Origin: the human T2T-CHM13v2.0 reference genome, Homo sapiens
Reading direction: 5' to 3' (one strand)
Assembly: GCF_009914755.1 (NCBI RefSeq)
Contig: NC_060940.1
Length of the DNA stretch: 64,000 nt
Made by a program: the position numbers and the translations under genes
Part shown: piece after piece, positions 22,019-40,468 of the stretch
Numbering within the stretch: position 1 is the first letter of the stretch
Layout: every line of letters starts with the position of its first letter
The notes under the pieces: model-generated
What the model saw: the letters and a program-made list of their open reading frames with translations, nothing else
Databases searched by the model: none
What the model was told of the DNA's origin: nothing

Positions 22019-22242
22019 TATGAAGAATTGTTAATAGGAGACTGGAATAATGAGGGTTTGAGTAGTAAGAAGGGAACTCTGAAGAGTATACAGGCAGATG
22101 CAGGGGGCTCATGTCTGTAATCCCAGCTCTTTGGGAGGCTGAGGCAGGTGATTAGCTTGAGCTCAGGATTTGGAGACCAGCCTGGGTAATACAGCAAGAC
22201 TCCATTTCTAAAAAAAAAAAAAATTTTTTTTTTAATTAGCTA

Positions 22243-22905
<663 letters not shown>

Positions 22906-23238
22906 TTTTGATGTTTTTTATTTTCTTTTTTTAGAGATGGGATCTTGCTGTGTTGCCCAGGCTGGCCTCAAACTCTTGGGTTCAAGTGATCCTCCCAACT
23001 CGATCTCCTGAGTAGCTGGGACCATGGGCTCCTGGCATTGTGCCTGGCTGTTTAGTGGTTTTAAAAAATAATTCTACAAGTATGAAAAACAAAAAAGTGT
23101 AATTAAGAAAATTAACATCTTGGCTGGGCGCGGTGGCTCACACCTGTAATCTCAGCACTTTGAGAGGCCAAGGTGGATCACCTGAGGCCAGGAGTTCGAG
23201 ACCAGCCTGGCCAACATGGCACAACCCCATCTCTACTA

Positions 23239-23418
<180 letters not shown>

Positions 23419-23578
23419 TTAACATCTCTAGTGTTAACCACTCTTTTCATTTTTTATGAATTTTTTATAGTCTTTTCTATGCATGTAGTTTTTCATTTAA
23501 AAAAAAATTAGGTTCATATTACACATGCTGTGTTCTTACCAGCCCTTTTGAGTTAACAGTGTCAACTTTCCATATTAA

Positions 23579-23782
<204 letters not shown>

Positions 23783-24136
23783 TAGAGACGGGGTTTCACC
23801 ATGTCAGCCAGGCTGGTCTCAAACTTCTGACCTTAAGTGATCCTCCCACATCGGCATCCCAAAGTGCTAGGATTACAGGCGAGAGCCACCGCACCTGGCA
23901 CTTTTTTTTTTTACAGCTTGTGTCTTAACCAGTTTTATGGAAGTACCACTATTTAGCCAATTCCCTGTTATTTTGTTGTATATATAGTTTGTTTTCAATT
24001 TTGTTTCATTATAAGCAGCGCTACTGTGGACGGTCTTATAGTTAAACCTCTAACATATTTATGTATTTAGTTTACACTTTGGGAGTAGAATTTTAAGTAC
24101 AAAACCTAGGTATATTTTAAGTGTTTTTGTTACTGA

Positions 24137-24466
<330 letters not shown>

Positions 24467-24693
24467 TGATCGACCCGCCTGTGCCTCCCATAGTGCTGGG
24501 ATTACAGGCGTGAGTCACCGGGCCCGGCCGAGAATACTTATTTCCGTCTACACTAACACGGGATGTTATTTTATTTTATTTTTTGAGACAAAGTCTCGCT
24601 CTGTCGCCCAGGCCGGAGTTCATTGGCACGATCTCCACTCACTGCAACCTCCGCCTCCTGGTTTCAAGCAATTCTCCTGCCTCAGCCTCCTGA

Positions 24694-24882
<189 letters not shown>

Positions 24883-25891
24883 TAAAAAAACTTTGCTAAT
24901 TATAGGCAAAAATGCTATTTGATCCATTTCTGCAATTTTGGTCACTAGTAATGTTGAACTTTTTGTCATGTTGACTATTTGCATGTTTTTCCTTTTTATA
25001 TTGTCGGTTAATGTCTTTGCCCATTTGCCTTCTGGGCACACAGTTTTAGAGAAGCCTGTTCACTTTCATGAAATGTAAATAAATCTGAAACAAATTAAAC
25101 ATCAATTATAGTTTAAAATGCTAATAAAAATTCTTATTTTCAGCCAGGTGTGGTGGCTTATGCCTGTAATCCCAGCACTTTGGGAGGCCAAGGTGAATGG
25201 ATGCTTGAGCTCAGGAGTTTGAGACCAGCCTGGACAACATGGTGAAACCCCATCTCTACCAAAAATACAAAAATTAGCCAGCGGTGGTTGTGTCCTAGCC
25301 ACTGTGGAGGCTGAGGTGGGAGGATGGCTTGAGCCCATGAGGCAGAGGTTGCAGTGAGCTGAAACACCACTGCACTCCAGCGTGAGAGACAGGAGTGAGA
25401 GCCTAGCTCAAAAAAACAAAAACAAAAACAAAAACAAAAAGGTCCTTTGAGTACCAGAAAAATTGTCAATGGGAATACTTTCCTCAAGGTCTTGAAAATT
25501 AATAATAAATCAACAAATCATTGATGGTAGTGGCTGGTGTTGCTTTCTTCTATATCTAGCTAGTTATCACTGAACAAACATTTTCTAAAACATTTTCGAT
25601 GTTTCAGAGCAGAGATTTCAAATTGACAGCCAAGGGACGGATTCATGCATAATTTACTCTCTTTTATTTTGCTTTATTTTTCTTATGGTATTTACAAGTA
25701 ATTAACATACATTATATAGCTACTTATCTCTCTGTTACAATAGGATATAAGATCCACAAAAATAGCCAGACACAATGGCTTATGCCTGTAATCCCAGCAC
25801 TTTGGGAGGCCAGGGCAGGAGGATCACTTGAACCCAGGTGCTCAAAGACCAGCCAGAGCAACATAGGGAGATCCCACCTCTTCAAAAATTA

Positions 25892-26041
<150 letters not shown>

Positions 26042-26387
26042 CTACCTCAAGTTAAAAAAAAAAAATCCGCAAAAGGCAAAGACTTAATCCCTTTTAATGA
26101 TTATTGTATCTCCAATTTCTAAAATACTGTGTGGTATATAATGCACCTTCAGAAAATATTTGTTGAATTCACGCATTTAGTAATTATTTATTGAACTCCC
26201 ACTGCATCCTAGGCACTGGATTAGCTAGACTTGGGAGGTAAATGCCTCTGCCTCCATGTAGTGTCTTTAAAATATGATTCTCGGCCGGGCATGGTGGCTC
26301 ACACCTGTAATCCCAGAGCTTTCAGAGGCTGAGGCGGGCAGATCACCTGAGGTCACAAGATCGAGACCAGCCTGGCCAACATGGTCA

Positions 26388-26675
<288 letters not shown>

Positions 26676-27098
26676 TCATTAATTCTATGACTATTTTTTG
26701 AGAGCCTATTTGCAGTCACTTGGGGACACAATAATATTAAAGACAGATTCTGTCCCTGCGGATATGGCATTGATAATCTATCAAGGGAGGTAGACATTAA
26801 GCAACTAATTAATCGTGATTGTGCCAAGTACATAAAGGAGAAAGACAGGTGCCTATAAGCACTCATGAGATTTCCCTGAGAAAATGATACTTACACTTCT
26901 ACCAAAGGGATTAGAAGTTACACAAGACAAAAGGGAAGGGAAAAAAAGAACAGTCTCATCGAAGAAAACAGCTTGTCAGGAAAGATCTTGCTGTACAGAA
27001 AGACCAAGGGGGGCACTGTGGCTCGCGCCTGTAATCCCAGCACTTTGGGAGGCCGAGGCAGGTGGATCATTTGCGCTCAGGAGTTGGAGACCAGCCTA

Positions 27099-27509
<411 letters not shown>

Positions 27510-27898
27510 CTACACAGACTGCTTAGATATGGCAGTAGTCAAGGCGGTAGCAACGGAAATAGAGATGCAGACAGCTTTGAGAGATATTTAGGAGGTGGAA
27601 GTGGCAACACTGATTGGAAGGGGTTAGGGAAGGGAAAGTGTGAGAGAGAGGAAGACACCCTGGTTCCTGGCGTGAACAGCTGGGTGGATGATGGGGAGCT
27701 TTTATGGGATGTGGAGTGCGAGAATCCGTGGTTTAGGGTAGAAGACGAGTTCAGTGCAATCAAGGCACAGCTATAAATGTGTACAACTGAGGCAGAAGTT
27801 TCAGAAGCAATGAGTACCCTTACTACCATAGAAGATGCTCTGATTTTTTTTCTTTTTTCTTTTTTTTTAAGAAATTTTTGGCTAGGCATGGTGGCTCA

Positions 27899-28222
<324 letters not shown>

Positions 28223-28838
28223 TTAATCAACTTTGTTGAAGTATGTTTTACATAATAGATTTTCATATGTTTTACATAATATAATAAAATTCACCCATAT
28301 TACATGTACAGTTCAACAGGTTTTGACAAATGTATATACCTGTGTAACCACCACGATTAAAATACAGAGCTCTTCTGTCATTTCCAAAAACTCCCCAGCA
28401 CCCCTTGGCAGTCAATTCCCCCTCCATCTCAGCCCCAGGCTTTCTGTCATTATAGTTTGCATTTTCTAGAATTCCATATAAATGAAACCATAGAGCATAT
28501 ATACAGTATACATATGAAATAGGTATTCACTTGTATCTGGCTTTTTTATTTCCTTGGAGACAGGGTCTTGCTGTGTCACCCAGGCTAGAGTGCAGTGGTG
28601 CAATCACAGCTCACTGCAGCCTCAACCTCCCAGGCTTGAGAAATCCTCCATTCCCAGCTAATTTTGTTTTTTTTTTTTTGGTAGAGACTGGGTCTCTCTT
28701 TGTTGCCTAGGCTGGCCTCAGATTCCTGGGCTCAAGCAAACCTCACACCTCGGCCTCCCAAAGTACTGGGATTACAGGCTCCAGGCCATGTATCTGGCTT
28801 CTTTCACTCAGCATAATGTTTTTAAGATTCATCTATGA

Positions 28839-29182
28839 CAGGGACCAGCAAACTAGGGCCTGTGGGCCAAATCTGGCCCAGTACCTGATTATGCAAAGGC
28901 CTAAGAGCTCAGCATGACTTTATATTTTTAAGAGATTGAAAAAAAACTCAAAGAAGAATATTTTGTGACACATGTAAATTAAATGAAATCCAAAATTCAA
29001 TGTCTATAAATAAAGCTTTATTGGAACACAGCAACGCTCACTTGTTTACATACTGTCTGTGGCTGTTTCCATGCTACAGAATCAAATACTTGAGACCGAG
29101 ATCGCAAGAACCTAAACTACAGCTTGCAAAGCCTGAAATATTTACAACCAGGCCCTTTACAGAAAAAGTCTGCCAACTCCTA
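28839..29182. mobile_element. MER58B-like hAT DNA transposon inside an old L1M fragment
   Basis: cagggaccagcaaact...gggccaaatctggccc...aataaagctttattggaacacagc...tttacagaaaaagtctgccaactcct; degenerate 8-bp TSD atctatga/atctgtgg. Confidence 0.75.
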
Positions 29183-30821
29183 ATCTGTGGTGTCCCATGG
29201 ATCAATAATGTACTCCCTTTACTTGCAGTACAGTACTCCATTCCATTGTAGGGATAGGCCACAAGTTGTTTACCTGTTTGTCTGTTGATGGACATTTGGG
29301 TTACTGCCCAATTATCCTTAATCCACGTGATATGCTCTGATGTTTTGCATCCTATTTCATTTTTTAAAAAATTGCTACTCATGACCCAATGGTTGATATC
29401 ACAACCCACTGATGAACTACTCTCAGTTTGATATAGATGTTAATTGAAATAATGGAGGATGAAATTATGTAGAAGAAGAAATCAAAAGGACTTTCCAGGC
29501 TGGGCACAGTGGCTCACGCCTGTAATCCCAGCACTTTGGGAGGCTGAGGTGGGTAGATCACCTAAGGTCAGGAGTTTCAGACCAGCCTGACCAATATGAT
29601 GAAACCCCGTTTCTACTAAAAATAAAAAATTAGCTGGGCATGGTGGCACGTGCCTGTAATCCCAGCTACTCAGGAGTCTGAGGCAGGAAAATCGCTTGAA
29701 CCTGGGAGGTGGAGGTTGCAGTGAGTCAGCGAGACTCTGTCTCAAAAAAAAAAAAAAAAAAAAAAAGGCTTGCCAGCTGAGTGCTGAGGAAATCCAACAA
29801 TGAAACATTGGGTGGAGGAGGAGGAAACTCCAAAAGACATTGAGAAGGAACAGGCAGAAAGGGAAGGTGACGATCCGGAGAATTTGATATTGTGGGAAGC
29901 ATGGAAAGTCAGTTTCAAGAAGAAAGTGATCATCTGGTTCTAGGGCTGCTGAGAGGTCAGGTGTGATGGACTGAGATGGTTTTAGTGACACTGGTTTGGG
30001 TGGAGGGAACAAGGCCGAAGCTAGATTCAGATGAGTTGGTGGTGCTTGTGTGATGAGAAAATTGAGACCATTAGGTGTAACCAGAAGGGGATGTGGATGA
30101 AGATAAGGAGTTTTTATTTGCTTGTTTTTTGAGCATAAGAATGTTTAACAAACACTAAAAGGCAAGCATAACCAGAATTTTACAGATGAGGAAACTAATA
30201 TACCAAGAGGTTAAGTAACTTGCCCAAGTAGTTTTCACTTATACAGCTTAAAAAAAAAAAAAAAAAAGAATCCAGTTCTACTTGTAGCCACAGTCTGAAC
30301 TCTAACCAATGGGCTATACCATCGACAAGGGAAAAAACTGGCCCAGACATAATCCAATTTTTGTACCTTTGAGTTAAAAGTCTACAGTTGAGGCTGGGCC
30401 TGGTGTCTCACGCCTGTAATCCCAGCACTTTGGGAGGCCGAGGTGGGTGGACCACCTGAGATCAGGAGTTGGAGACTAGCCTGTCCAACTAGTGAAACCC
30501 CGTCTCTACTAAAAATACAAAAATTAGCCAGGCTTGGTGGCACGCACCTGTAATCCCAGCTACTCAGGAGGCTGAGGCAGGAGAATTGCTTGAACCCGGG
30601 AGGCGGAGCTTGCAGTGAGCAGAGATGGTGCCACTGCACTACAGCCTGGCGACAGAACGAGACTCCATCTCAAAAAAAAGGAAAAAAGAGAAGTGTTTGA
30701 GGCCAGGCTCGGTGGCTCAGGCCTGTAATCCAAACACTTTGGGAGGCCGAGGCAGGAGGATCACTTGAGGTTGGGAGTTTGAGACCAGCCTGGCCAACAT
30801 GGTAAGACCCTGTCTCTACTA

Positions 30822-31064
<243 letters not shown>

Positions 31065-31220
31065 TCATGCTCCAAACTGTACAATATTCTGCTTATCTCT
31101 CTTCACTAGTCCATAGAATGTTGCATTATAATGTATCAGTTTTCCTATCTGTGCATCCACAAGCCAAATGGTTTCAACTTTTTTTTTTTTTTTTCGGGGA
31201 TGGGGGAATCACAGACTTGA

Positions 31221-31941
<721 letters not shown>

Positions 31942-32019
31942 TAGCCAGGATGGTCTCGATCTCCTGACCTCGTGATCCGCCCGCCTCGGCCTCCCAAAGT
32001 GCTGGGATTACAGGCGTGA

Positions 32020-32268
<249 letters not shown>

Positions 32269-34253
32269 TGAACCAGCCTCTTATTCTTTTACATACTATT
32301 TCCAGCACAACTGTCCAAGATGGCAGTCAATAAATGTTTGGCTAAATATAATAAATAATACGGTTGATTATTTCCACTTTTTCATGTTGGGTTTTCAAAG
32401 TCTACTTTTAAAACAGTAAAGTTAACTTTTCTCTCTAGTATTTGTTTTGTAGAATCTATTATACTTTGTAATGTAATCCACAGAAACTTGGAGGTGACTT
32501 TAGTAAAATTTACTAGTTTTGAATGATACCCATGCTGAGGTGCTCAGAGGTGAAATGTACTAACATATATCGATGGATGGATATATGGATGCATATGTGA
32601 TTAAAGCAAATATAGGGAAAATTAACTGTAGAATCTAGGTAGTGGGTATATGGTTGTTCACTGTACAACTGTTTAAACTTTTCTACGTTTGAAAAATTTC
32701 ATAACACGTTGGAAAAGTGACTTGTTTTGCTCAAGCAGGGGTACATTCAATCTTCAATTCTTGAAAGACATAAATCTATCTTTCCTTCTGTTTGGAAAGC
32801 TCTTTAGAGAGTCAGAATAATCCCCACAGTACAGTCTAAACCAGCACACAAGGGTTTTTTGGTAGAAAATAATTTTATTAACATAACCAGGCAATTTACC
32901 AAATACAACGTAGATAGCTCAAAACATGGAGTTACTGCGCTGAAAATGTGACCCTGTTTACACAGATTTCGGGACGAAGAGTATAAAACAGGAGAGAAAA
33001 GGAGTAAGATTGTGGTTGTAGCGTCATCGCAGAGGTGAAGTGTTCCATTGATTGCCACTGTGGTAGTCTATATCAGTTTCCCACATTAAGGTGGGAGGAA
33101 TCTACTAAGCAAATGTACGCCCTCCCCATTCGTTCGAAACACATTGCAGTAAAATTGCAAAAGTGGCCGGGCGTGGTAGCTCATGCCTGTAATCCCAGCA
33201 CTTGGGGAAGCTGAGACGGGAAGATCGCCTGAGGCCAGGAGTTTGAAGCCAGCTTGGGTAACATAGTGAGACACCCCTACCTTCTCTATTAAAATGAGAT
33301 TTTAATTTTTTTTCTCTTCAGTTCATCGGTTAACAAGATAAAAAAATTAATAAAAAATTAACTTTTTAAAACATTTAAAGTAAAGTAGGAGTGGAAGCAG
33401 TATGTGGACTCATGGGGCTTGGGTCTGAATCCTACCTAGATCGGCACTGCGAAATGGGGATAATGATCTCCTAGAGCTGCTGAAATAGGAAAATGGAAGA
33501 ACAGCAGCTGATGTATTAATATTATCATTATTACTACTACCCATTACCTGACAAGTGATAATTGTGACATGAAAGAGGCTGGACCGGTTGTTACAACAAT
33601 TTTTTCCGTCTAGAATTCGGCGGTAAGGTCTGAGACAACACCTCAGCTTAGATCAGTGCCTTCTCTGAACAGCGTTCACTAAGCAGCCCCCAACCCCAAA
33701 ACCCCCAAGTCCCCGGGCGCCGAGGACGCTGCGAGTCCTGCGCATGCGCAAGGTTGCCCACTCGCTCACCGCCTCCTTGGCGAATGGCCTGTTCCATTCT
33801 CGAGGGATGCCGGCGGGAGGTGAGGCGGGAGACTTGGAAGCCTGGGCCCGGAAGTGAGGTGCGTCACTAGTATTTCCAGCCTTTCACTCCATGAATAGTA
33901 CTTTGTGATTATTATACTTCTACCTTGATGATTGCAACAGGCTGCTGGAAAGAGTTTGGTGAACAATCCACCGGGCATCCTCCCCCCTTCACCTGCGCAC
34001 GTTAGGGAGGGCCGGCGTGGCGCCCAGGTACGGAATCCCAGAGGGCTCCGCCCAGCGCTACGGGGCCCCGCCCCGCCGCCTCTCAACCATCAGGTTCGGC
34101 AGCCCGCGGCGCCGCCTGGCAGCTCCTCCTCTTCTCCGCCCCGCCGGCCGCGGGCGCGGGGGACGTCAGCGCTGCCAGCGTGGAAGGAGCTGCGGGGCGC
34201 GGGAGGAGGAAGTAGAGCCCGGGACCGCCAGGCCACCACCGGCCGCCTCAGCC

Positions 34254-34274
34254 ATGGACGCGTCCCTGGAGAAG
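34254..34274 (+). CDS. PDXDC1: PDXDC1 coding exon 1, MDASLEK
   Basis: gccATGg Kozak context; aag|gtccgt donor; joins in frame to IADPTLAEMGK..., the recalled PDXDC1 N-terminus. Confidence 0.9.
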
Positions 34275-34731
34275 GTCCGTGCCGGGAGGGGGCGATGGGG
34301 ACGGTGCTGCGGCCCGGGGCTCCCGCTTCCGAGGCAACTGTTTCCCAGTCGCGAGCTGCCATTGTGACCCGGACAGGGGGACGCGGGCTGACAGGCCCTG
34401 CCTGAGGAGGCCTCGCCGGGAGGGCGGCTGGGGCCCGGGCGCGTCACGGGGCCGGGTGTCTCTTGGGTCCCCGTGGGCCGAAGAGGCTGGGCGGGGTTCG
34501 GTGGGGGCCGCGACGGGCCCGGAGCCCAGGACTGGGACCGCGGGGCCGACCTTGGGCCCTGCCGAGGTTCCGCGAGTGGCCGGCCTGAGCTCGGCTGGCC
34601 CTTTCGGAGGACCGGGAGCTCTCCGTTGGCGGCCCCAGATGCTCCCGGAAAGAAGCCGCAGTTATTTCAGAGCCAGCTGCAAACCTGTAGGTTTTTCTTG
34701 GTCTCCGAGTTAGGAATGAAAATTGCCAAAG

Positions 34732-34925
34732 CAGTGGTTTTCCAACTTCAGCCTGAGTGGGAATCACCTGGGGCCTTTGGTAAAATGCGGAGGTTCAGTC
34801 CCGGGGTCAGAACCTCTGGGGGCGGGACCGGGAACTGCGTGTTTAACCGCCACCGCCCCGCTCCCACTCCGCCCCACGCAGGTGATTCTGATGCTGAGCC
34901 TGCGATCACCGGGCGAGAACCTCTG
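34732..34925. mobile_element. MER5A-like hAT element at the CpG-island edge
   Basis: cagtggttttccaactt...gaatcacctgggg...tgtttaac...caggtgattctgatgc...gagaacctctg. Confidence 0.65.
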
Positions 34926-35663
34926 AGTTCCAGAAAGGGGTGGGTGTTGCGTAGATTGCGAATTGAGTTTTGGGGATCGCAGCTGCTCCACAACTTCCTG
35001 GCTCCCCCATTCCAGTGGCGAGGAGGGATCCCCGAGTCAACTCGAAATCCACTGGTAACAGAGCCTACCTCTGGTTTCCCCTTGGGGGAACGGCAGCGTG
35101 GTGTACCAGGCTGACTGCTCTACCATGTGAAACGGATTCTCATTGTCCCAGTGTTAGGGCTTGTAAATGGAAACCAGTTTGGGTTTCTTCACGGATTCCT
35201 GCTTTCGGTACCTGACATTCTGCCCTCCCTCAAAGCCCTTCTGTCTGTTCCAGCTTGGGAGTCTGCTTGTCCAATCCAGTGCATACCCGGTTTTTCATGC
35301 ATGTGGCATTCAGGAGCAATGCTCGTGTTTTAAGACGGCTACATTTTAATTTTGAGCTGGTAGGAATAATATATTTTGTCTTTTTTCAAGGCAGCAGCTG
35401 CTGTAGATTTTGTTCACTTGTCACTGGAGAGTTGAAGGCAATAATTGTAAAGGTTGGGCCAGATGTCTTCATGTGCTCACAGTGGTATAGCCTACTCCTG
35501 GGTTGCTTAGCATAAATTGGGTGGAAGACAAGAAAAAGATAATATGGTTTTCTTGTGCCATCTCTGGGGTGAATGTTACGTGTTTTCCTGGCTGGGAATA
35601 AAGTCTTTCCGGTCGTCTGATTAGCAGGGTGTCTACCTTTTGGTACTTTGAGTTTGTCCAGAT

Positions 35664-35884
35664 GAGTGGTTCTTAAAGCAGGGGGCAATTTATTTCCCCA
35701 GGAGACATTTGGCTATCTCTGGACATAGTTTTGATTGTCACAATGGGGGCAGGGAGGTGCTGCCGGTACCTAGTGGGTAGAGGCCAGGGACGCCTCTAAA
35801 CATCCTACGTTGCACAGGACAGCCCCCCACGCTGGAGAATTCTCTGGCCCAAAATGTCAGCAGTGTTGAGGCTGAGAAATCCTG
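35664..35884. mobile_element. MER20 hAT element
   Basis: ggcccaaaatgtcagcagtgttgaggctgagaaatcctg terminus; tagtgggtagaggccagggacgc core. Confidence 0.8.
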
Positions 35885-36346
35885 GTCAAGATCATGTTTA
35901 TAACACCAGCAGTTGAGTACAAAACGATGCAAAGTGGTGTTATCAATTTCCTAAGAAGGTGGGTGGGCTTCATGTGATTGTAATTGGAATCCTGAAGAAC
36001 TGGGGTGATCTTTCCTCCAGGAATAATTAGCCTTTATAGGAAAATCTGCAGGGTGGGTCAGAATCCTGCTTTAAATATTACTTTTCTGGCATTTGATCAG
36101 TAGGTTACAGTAGTTGCTCCCTAAGTGTTAATTGATGATAAAAGATCTTAAACTCTCTCAATGAGGATCGCAAGAGGGACTGAAATTCCAGTGTGTTTAA
36201 TATTGGAGCATTCACAAAAATTGTAGTGATCTTTTAGGAATTCAGAACGTGTGGGCTGGAGGTTTCTGCCTTAGGTCAATGTGAAAATTCTGAGTGTAAG
36301 TTTTTCAGAACTATGGGACTTACTTTTTTTTTTTTTTTTTTTTTGA

Positions 36347-36460
<114 letters not shown>

Positions 36461-37887
36461 TGACTACAGGCGTGTGACACCACACCCGACTAATTTTTGT
36501 ATTCCCAGTAGAGATGGGGTTTCACCACGTTGGTCAGGATGGTCTCAAACGCCTGACCTTGTGATCCTTCAGCCTCAGCCTCCCACGGTGCTGGGATTAC
36601 AGGCGTAAGCCACTGCACCTGGCCGGGACTTAGATTTATATTCCCTGAAGTAATACAGGGCCTTAGATGGAATAAACGATTTATATTGGTGCTAATTGGG
36701 CAGAAAAGAAAAAGCATTGCTGTAATATGAATGTTGATGACTTTATGTTCTGAAAAATAGTCTGGGTCAAAGTGAAACATTTAATTGTGTTCATTATTCC
36801 TGTTTCTTTGAGGAATAGACTATCCTGCGTTAAATTCTACATTGTTAATATAAACTCAAGAGCTATGTGAGCAGTTGTAAATGATCCCATTTAAACTGAT
36901 TGTTGCATAATTTATACTGATTACAGAAACCACAATGTTATTTGATGCTCACCCTCTAAAATTTAAAATAATATCTCTCACTTTAAAATGTATGTGAAAA
37001 AACAAAAACAAAATGTAGTATGCGATCATCATTTAGTAGAATCACTCAGTGATTTGGATTTGGTCCAAATATAGTTCTGTCCCTTGCTTTTTCTGTTATG
37101 TAAACGTGCAGACCTGTGATAACAGAGCCATTTTCTCGTCACGATTTGCTTTTCTTCCACAACAGTATCAGTTTTCTTGTATCTGAGATCAGTGATGTCC
37201 CAATAAATCAGATGGGTTAATTGAGGAGGCAAAGGAAATTCAAACTTAGGAGAGTAGGAGTAGGGGCTTTGCCCCTGCCCCCCACTGTATGTCCAAGGCA
37301 TAAGGAACAAGGCCCTGTAGCAGAGTCTCACAGTGTGTACTTATGTTAATATTCAATAAGGAAAATGCCACAGGAAGTAATCACTATAATGATGAAGATT
37401 TTAAGTTATTAAACACACCTTCCAGTAAAAACCTGTTATATTATTATTATTTTTGAGACAGGATCTCTCTCTGTCACCCAGGCTGGAGAGCCGTGGTACA
37501 ATCTCGGCTCACTGCAACGTCCGTCTCCAGGGCTCAAGTGATCCTCGCGCCTCAGCCTCCTGAGTAGCTGGGACTACAGGCACTCACCCCCACACTGAGC
37601 TAATTAAAACAATTTTTTTGTTCTCGAGACAAGGTCTCACTATATTGCCCAGGCTGGTCCCAACCTCCTGGGCTGAAGCCATCCTCTTGCCTTAGCCTCC
37701 CAAAGTGCTGGGATTATAAGCGTGAGCCACCGTGCCAGGCCAAAACCTGCTACTCTAAACTTGTAGAATAGCCCAGACCTTTTTCTGTTGGTTAAAAGAT
37801 CTCATTCTTCCTGGGTATTATGTTTAGGCAAGGTATACTGCAGTTTGTTTGCATTTACTTTAATTCTGTCCTTGAGCAAACTTAAAG

Positions 37888-38652
<765 letters not shown>

Positions 38653-40353
38653 TAATTCTCATCTCTGAAAGAGGCAACTTTGACCCTGTTTCTGACCTAA
38701 ATCAGCACAACTCAGCCCATTTTTGGTTCTTGAACTCATCCTGAGCTAAGTGTTTCTTTCCTGCTATTTGGGACTGATTTTAGAAAATTCTTTGTCACCT
38801 TGCTGTTATGCTAGAGGTTTATAGCAGCATCAATGGAACATTCCTGATCATTACTTACTGATAAGGACTCCGAGAATTTCTATTCCTGCTCCTTCCTTAA
38901 AAAGCATGAGAAAAGAACCCCTGTTAGGCAAGGTTGAAATGACCAGTTTCCGTGTATGGCTTTGTAGATCCCACTCTTTTATATAGAATGAGAGGAGATG
39001 AGAGGCTGTAATTGTAGCTTTCATATAAAGCCAATTCCAATGTTACAATGTGAGGGTTTTGCATACAGATGCATGGTGGCTATGGCTGTAAATGATTATC
39101 TAATACTGGCTGTCAGGGAAAACTGATGGGACTCGGCCATAGTACAAAGTTCCTGATCCTAGATATTTATGGCTTTGTTCATTCTTGATTTATTCAATTT
39201 TGCAGGGGAAGTCAGTGGCAGAGCTATTGATGGTCCCATTTCCGTCTTTGCTCCACTATATCTAGGATTATATGAGTTATAGGTAGAAGTTGGTTGAGCT
39301 TGATTTCATCTGTTGTCACCTAAAGCAGAAACCTGTTTTGATTTATAATTTTTTTTTTTTGAGACGGAATCTTGCTCTGTCACCCAGGCTGGAGTGCAGT
39401 GGTGCGATCTCAGCTCTATGCGACCTCTGCCCCACTGCAACCTCTGCCCCCTGGGTTCAAGCAATTCTCCTGCCTCAGCTTCCCGAGTAGATGGGATTAT
39501 TTTTGTGCCACGCCCGGCTAATTTTTGTTTTTTTTATTTTTTATTTTTTTGAGATGGAGTCTCGCCCTGTGGCCTAGGCTGGAGTGCAGTGGCACAGTCT
39601 CGGCTCACTGCAAGCTCCACCTCCCAGGTTCACGCCATTCTTCTGCCTCAGCTGGGACTACAGGCGCCCACCACCACACCCAGCTAATTTTTTGTATTTT
39701 TAGTAGAGATGTGGTTTCACCAAGTGTTAGCCAGGATGGTCTCGATCTCCTGACCTCCACCTCAGCCTCCCAAAGTTCTGGGATTACAGGCGTGAGCCAC
39801 CGCGCCTGGCCAATTTTTGTATTTTTAATAGAGACGGGGTTTCGCCATGTTGGCCAGGCTGGTCTCCAACTCCTGACCTCAAGTAATCTGCCCACCTTGG
39901 CCTCCCAAAGTGCTGGGATTACAGATGTAAGCCACTGCACCCGGCCTTGATTTATAATTTTTATTAATCGAAGGTGAGCTGTGGTCAAAGCCCAATGCTG
40001 AGTGCTGACAGAGACACAAGGTGAGTAAGATGTGGCCCCTGCAGGAGGTTGCGTTCTGGTAAGGGAGTATACTTTTTTTTGGACAAATCCTTGTATAGAA
40101 AGGGATAAAAAGCATAGGAATTAAGAAACAAATTGTGAGTGCAAGGAGCAAGTGACCAGGAAGGATTATGTGAAAGAGATTCTTTAGGCAGAATATTTAG
40201 CTCAGAATTATGCTTTTCTAGAGTTTAATTGTAAATATAATGCAAACCTTTACTTTACGAGTGTGCCTCATATTATTGCTGGTAGATAAAAATCAAGAAA
40301 CAGGAAAAGCATTTCATCTTTACCTTTCCGATTTGATCGCTCCCTAACAATCC

Positions 40354-40468
40354 CTGAACAAGGTAAATCCTGAATGGTGATAATCATTCAACCTTCATCT
40401 CTGCTAAAAGCATTTCTTTTCCTCCCAGGCAAAAACAAACAGTGCCTGCTGTCTAGCACTAGTTAAAC
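40354..40468 (+). repeat. Left arm of a 115-bp non-Alu inverted repeat
   Basis: Reverse complement of 41852-41966, 4 mismatches by manual alignment. Confidence 0.93.

Larger units (their letters stand above)
33700..35100. promoter_or_regulatory. PDXDC1: CpG-island promoter of PDXDC1
   Basis: High GC/CpG density around exon 1; NRF1 palindrome TGCGCATGCGCA 33739-33750, ETS/GABP CCGGAAGTG 33848-33856, GC-box CCCCGCCCC 34066-34074, CRE-like GACGTCA 34162-34168. Confidence 0.88.

Noticed and set aside
33766-35215. Many overlapping Arg/Gly/Pro-rich ORFs up to 213 aa
   Set aside because: Expected from stop-codon scarcity in a CpG island; only MDASLEK splices into a recognisable protein.
39970-40030. 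Two strong donor-like sites (AAG|GTGAGC, AAG|GTGAGT) downstream of antisense Alus
   Set aside because: No definable acceptor or reading frame could be supported from sequence alone; such sites are common in introns.
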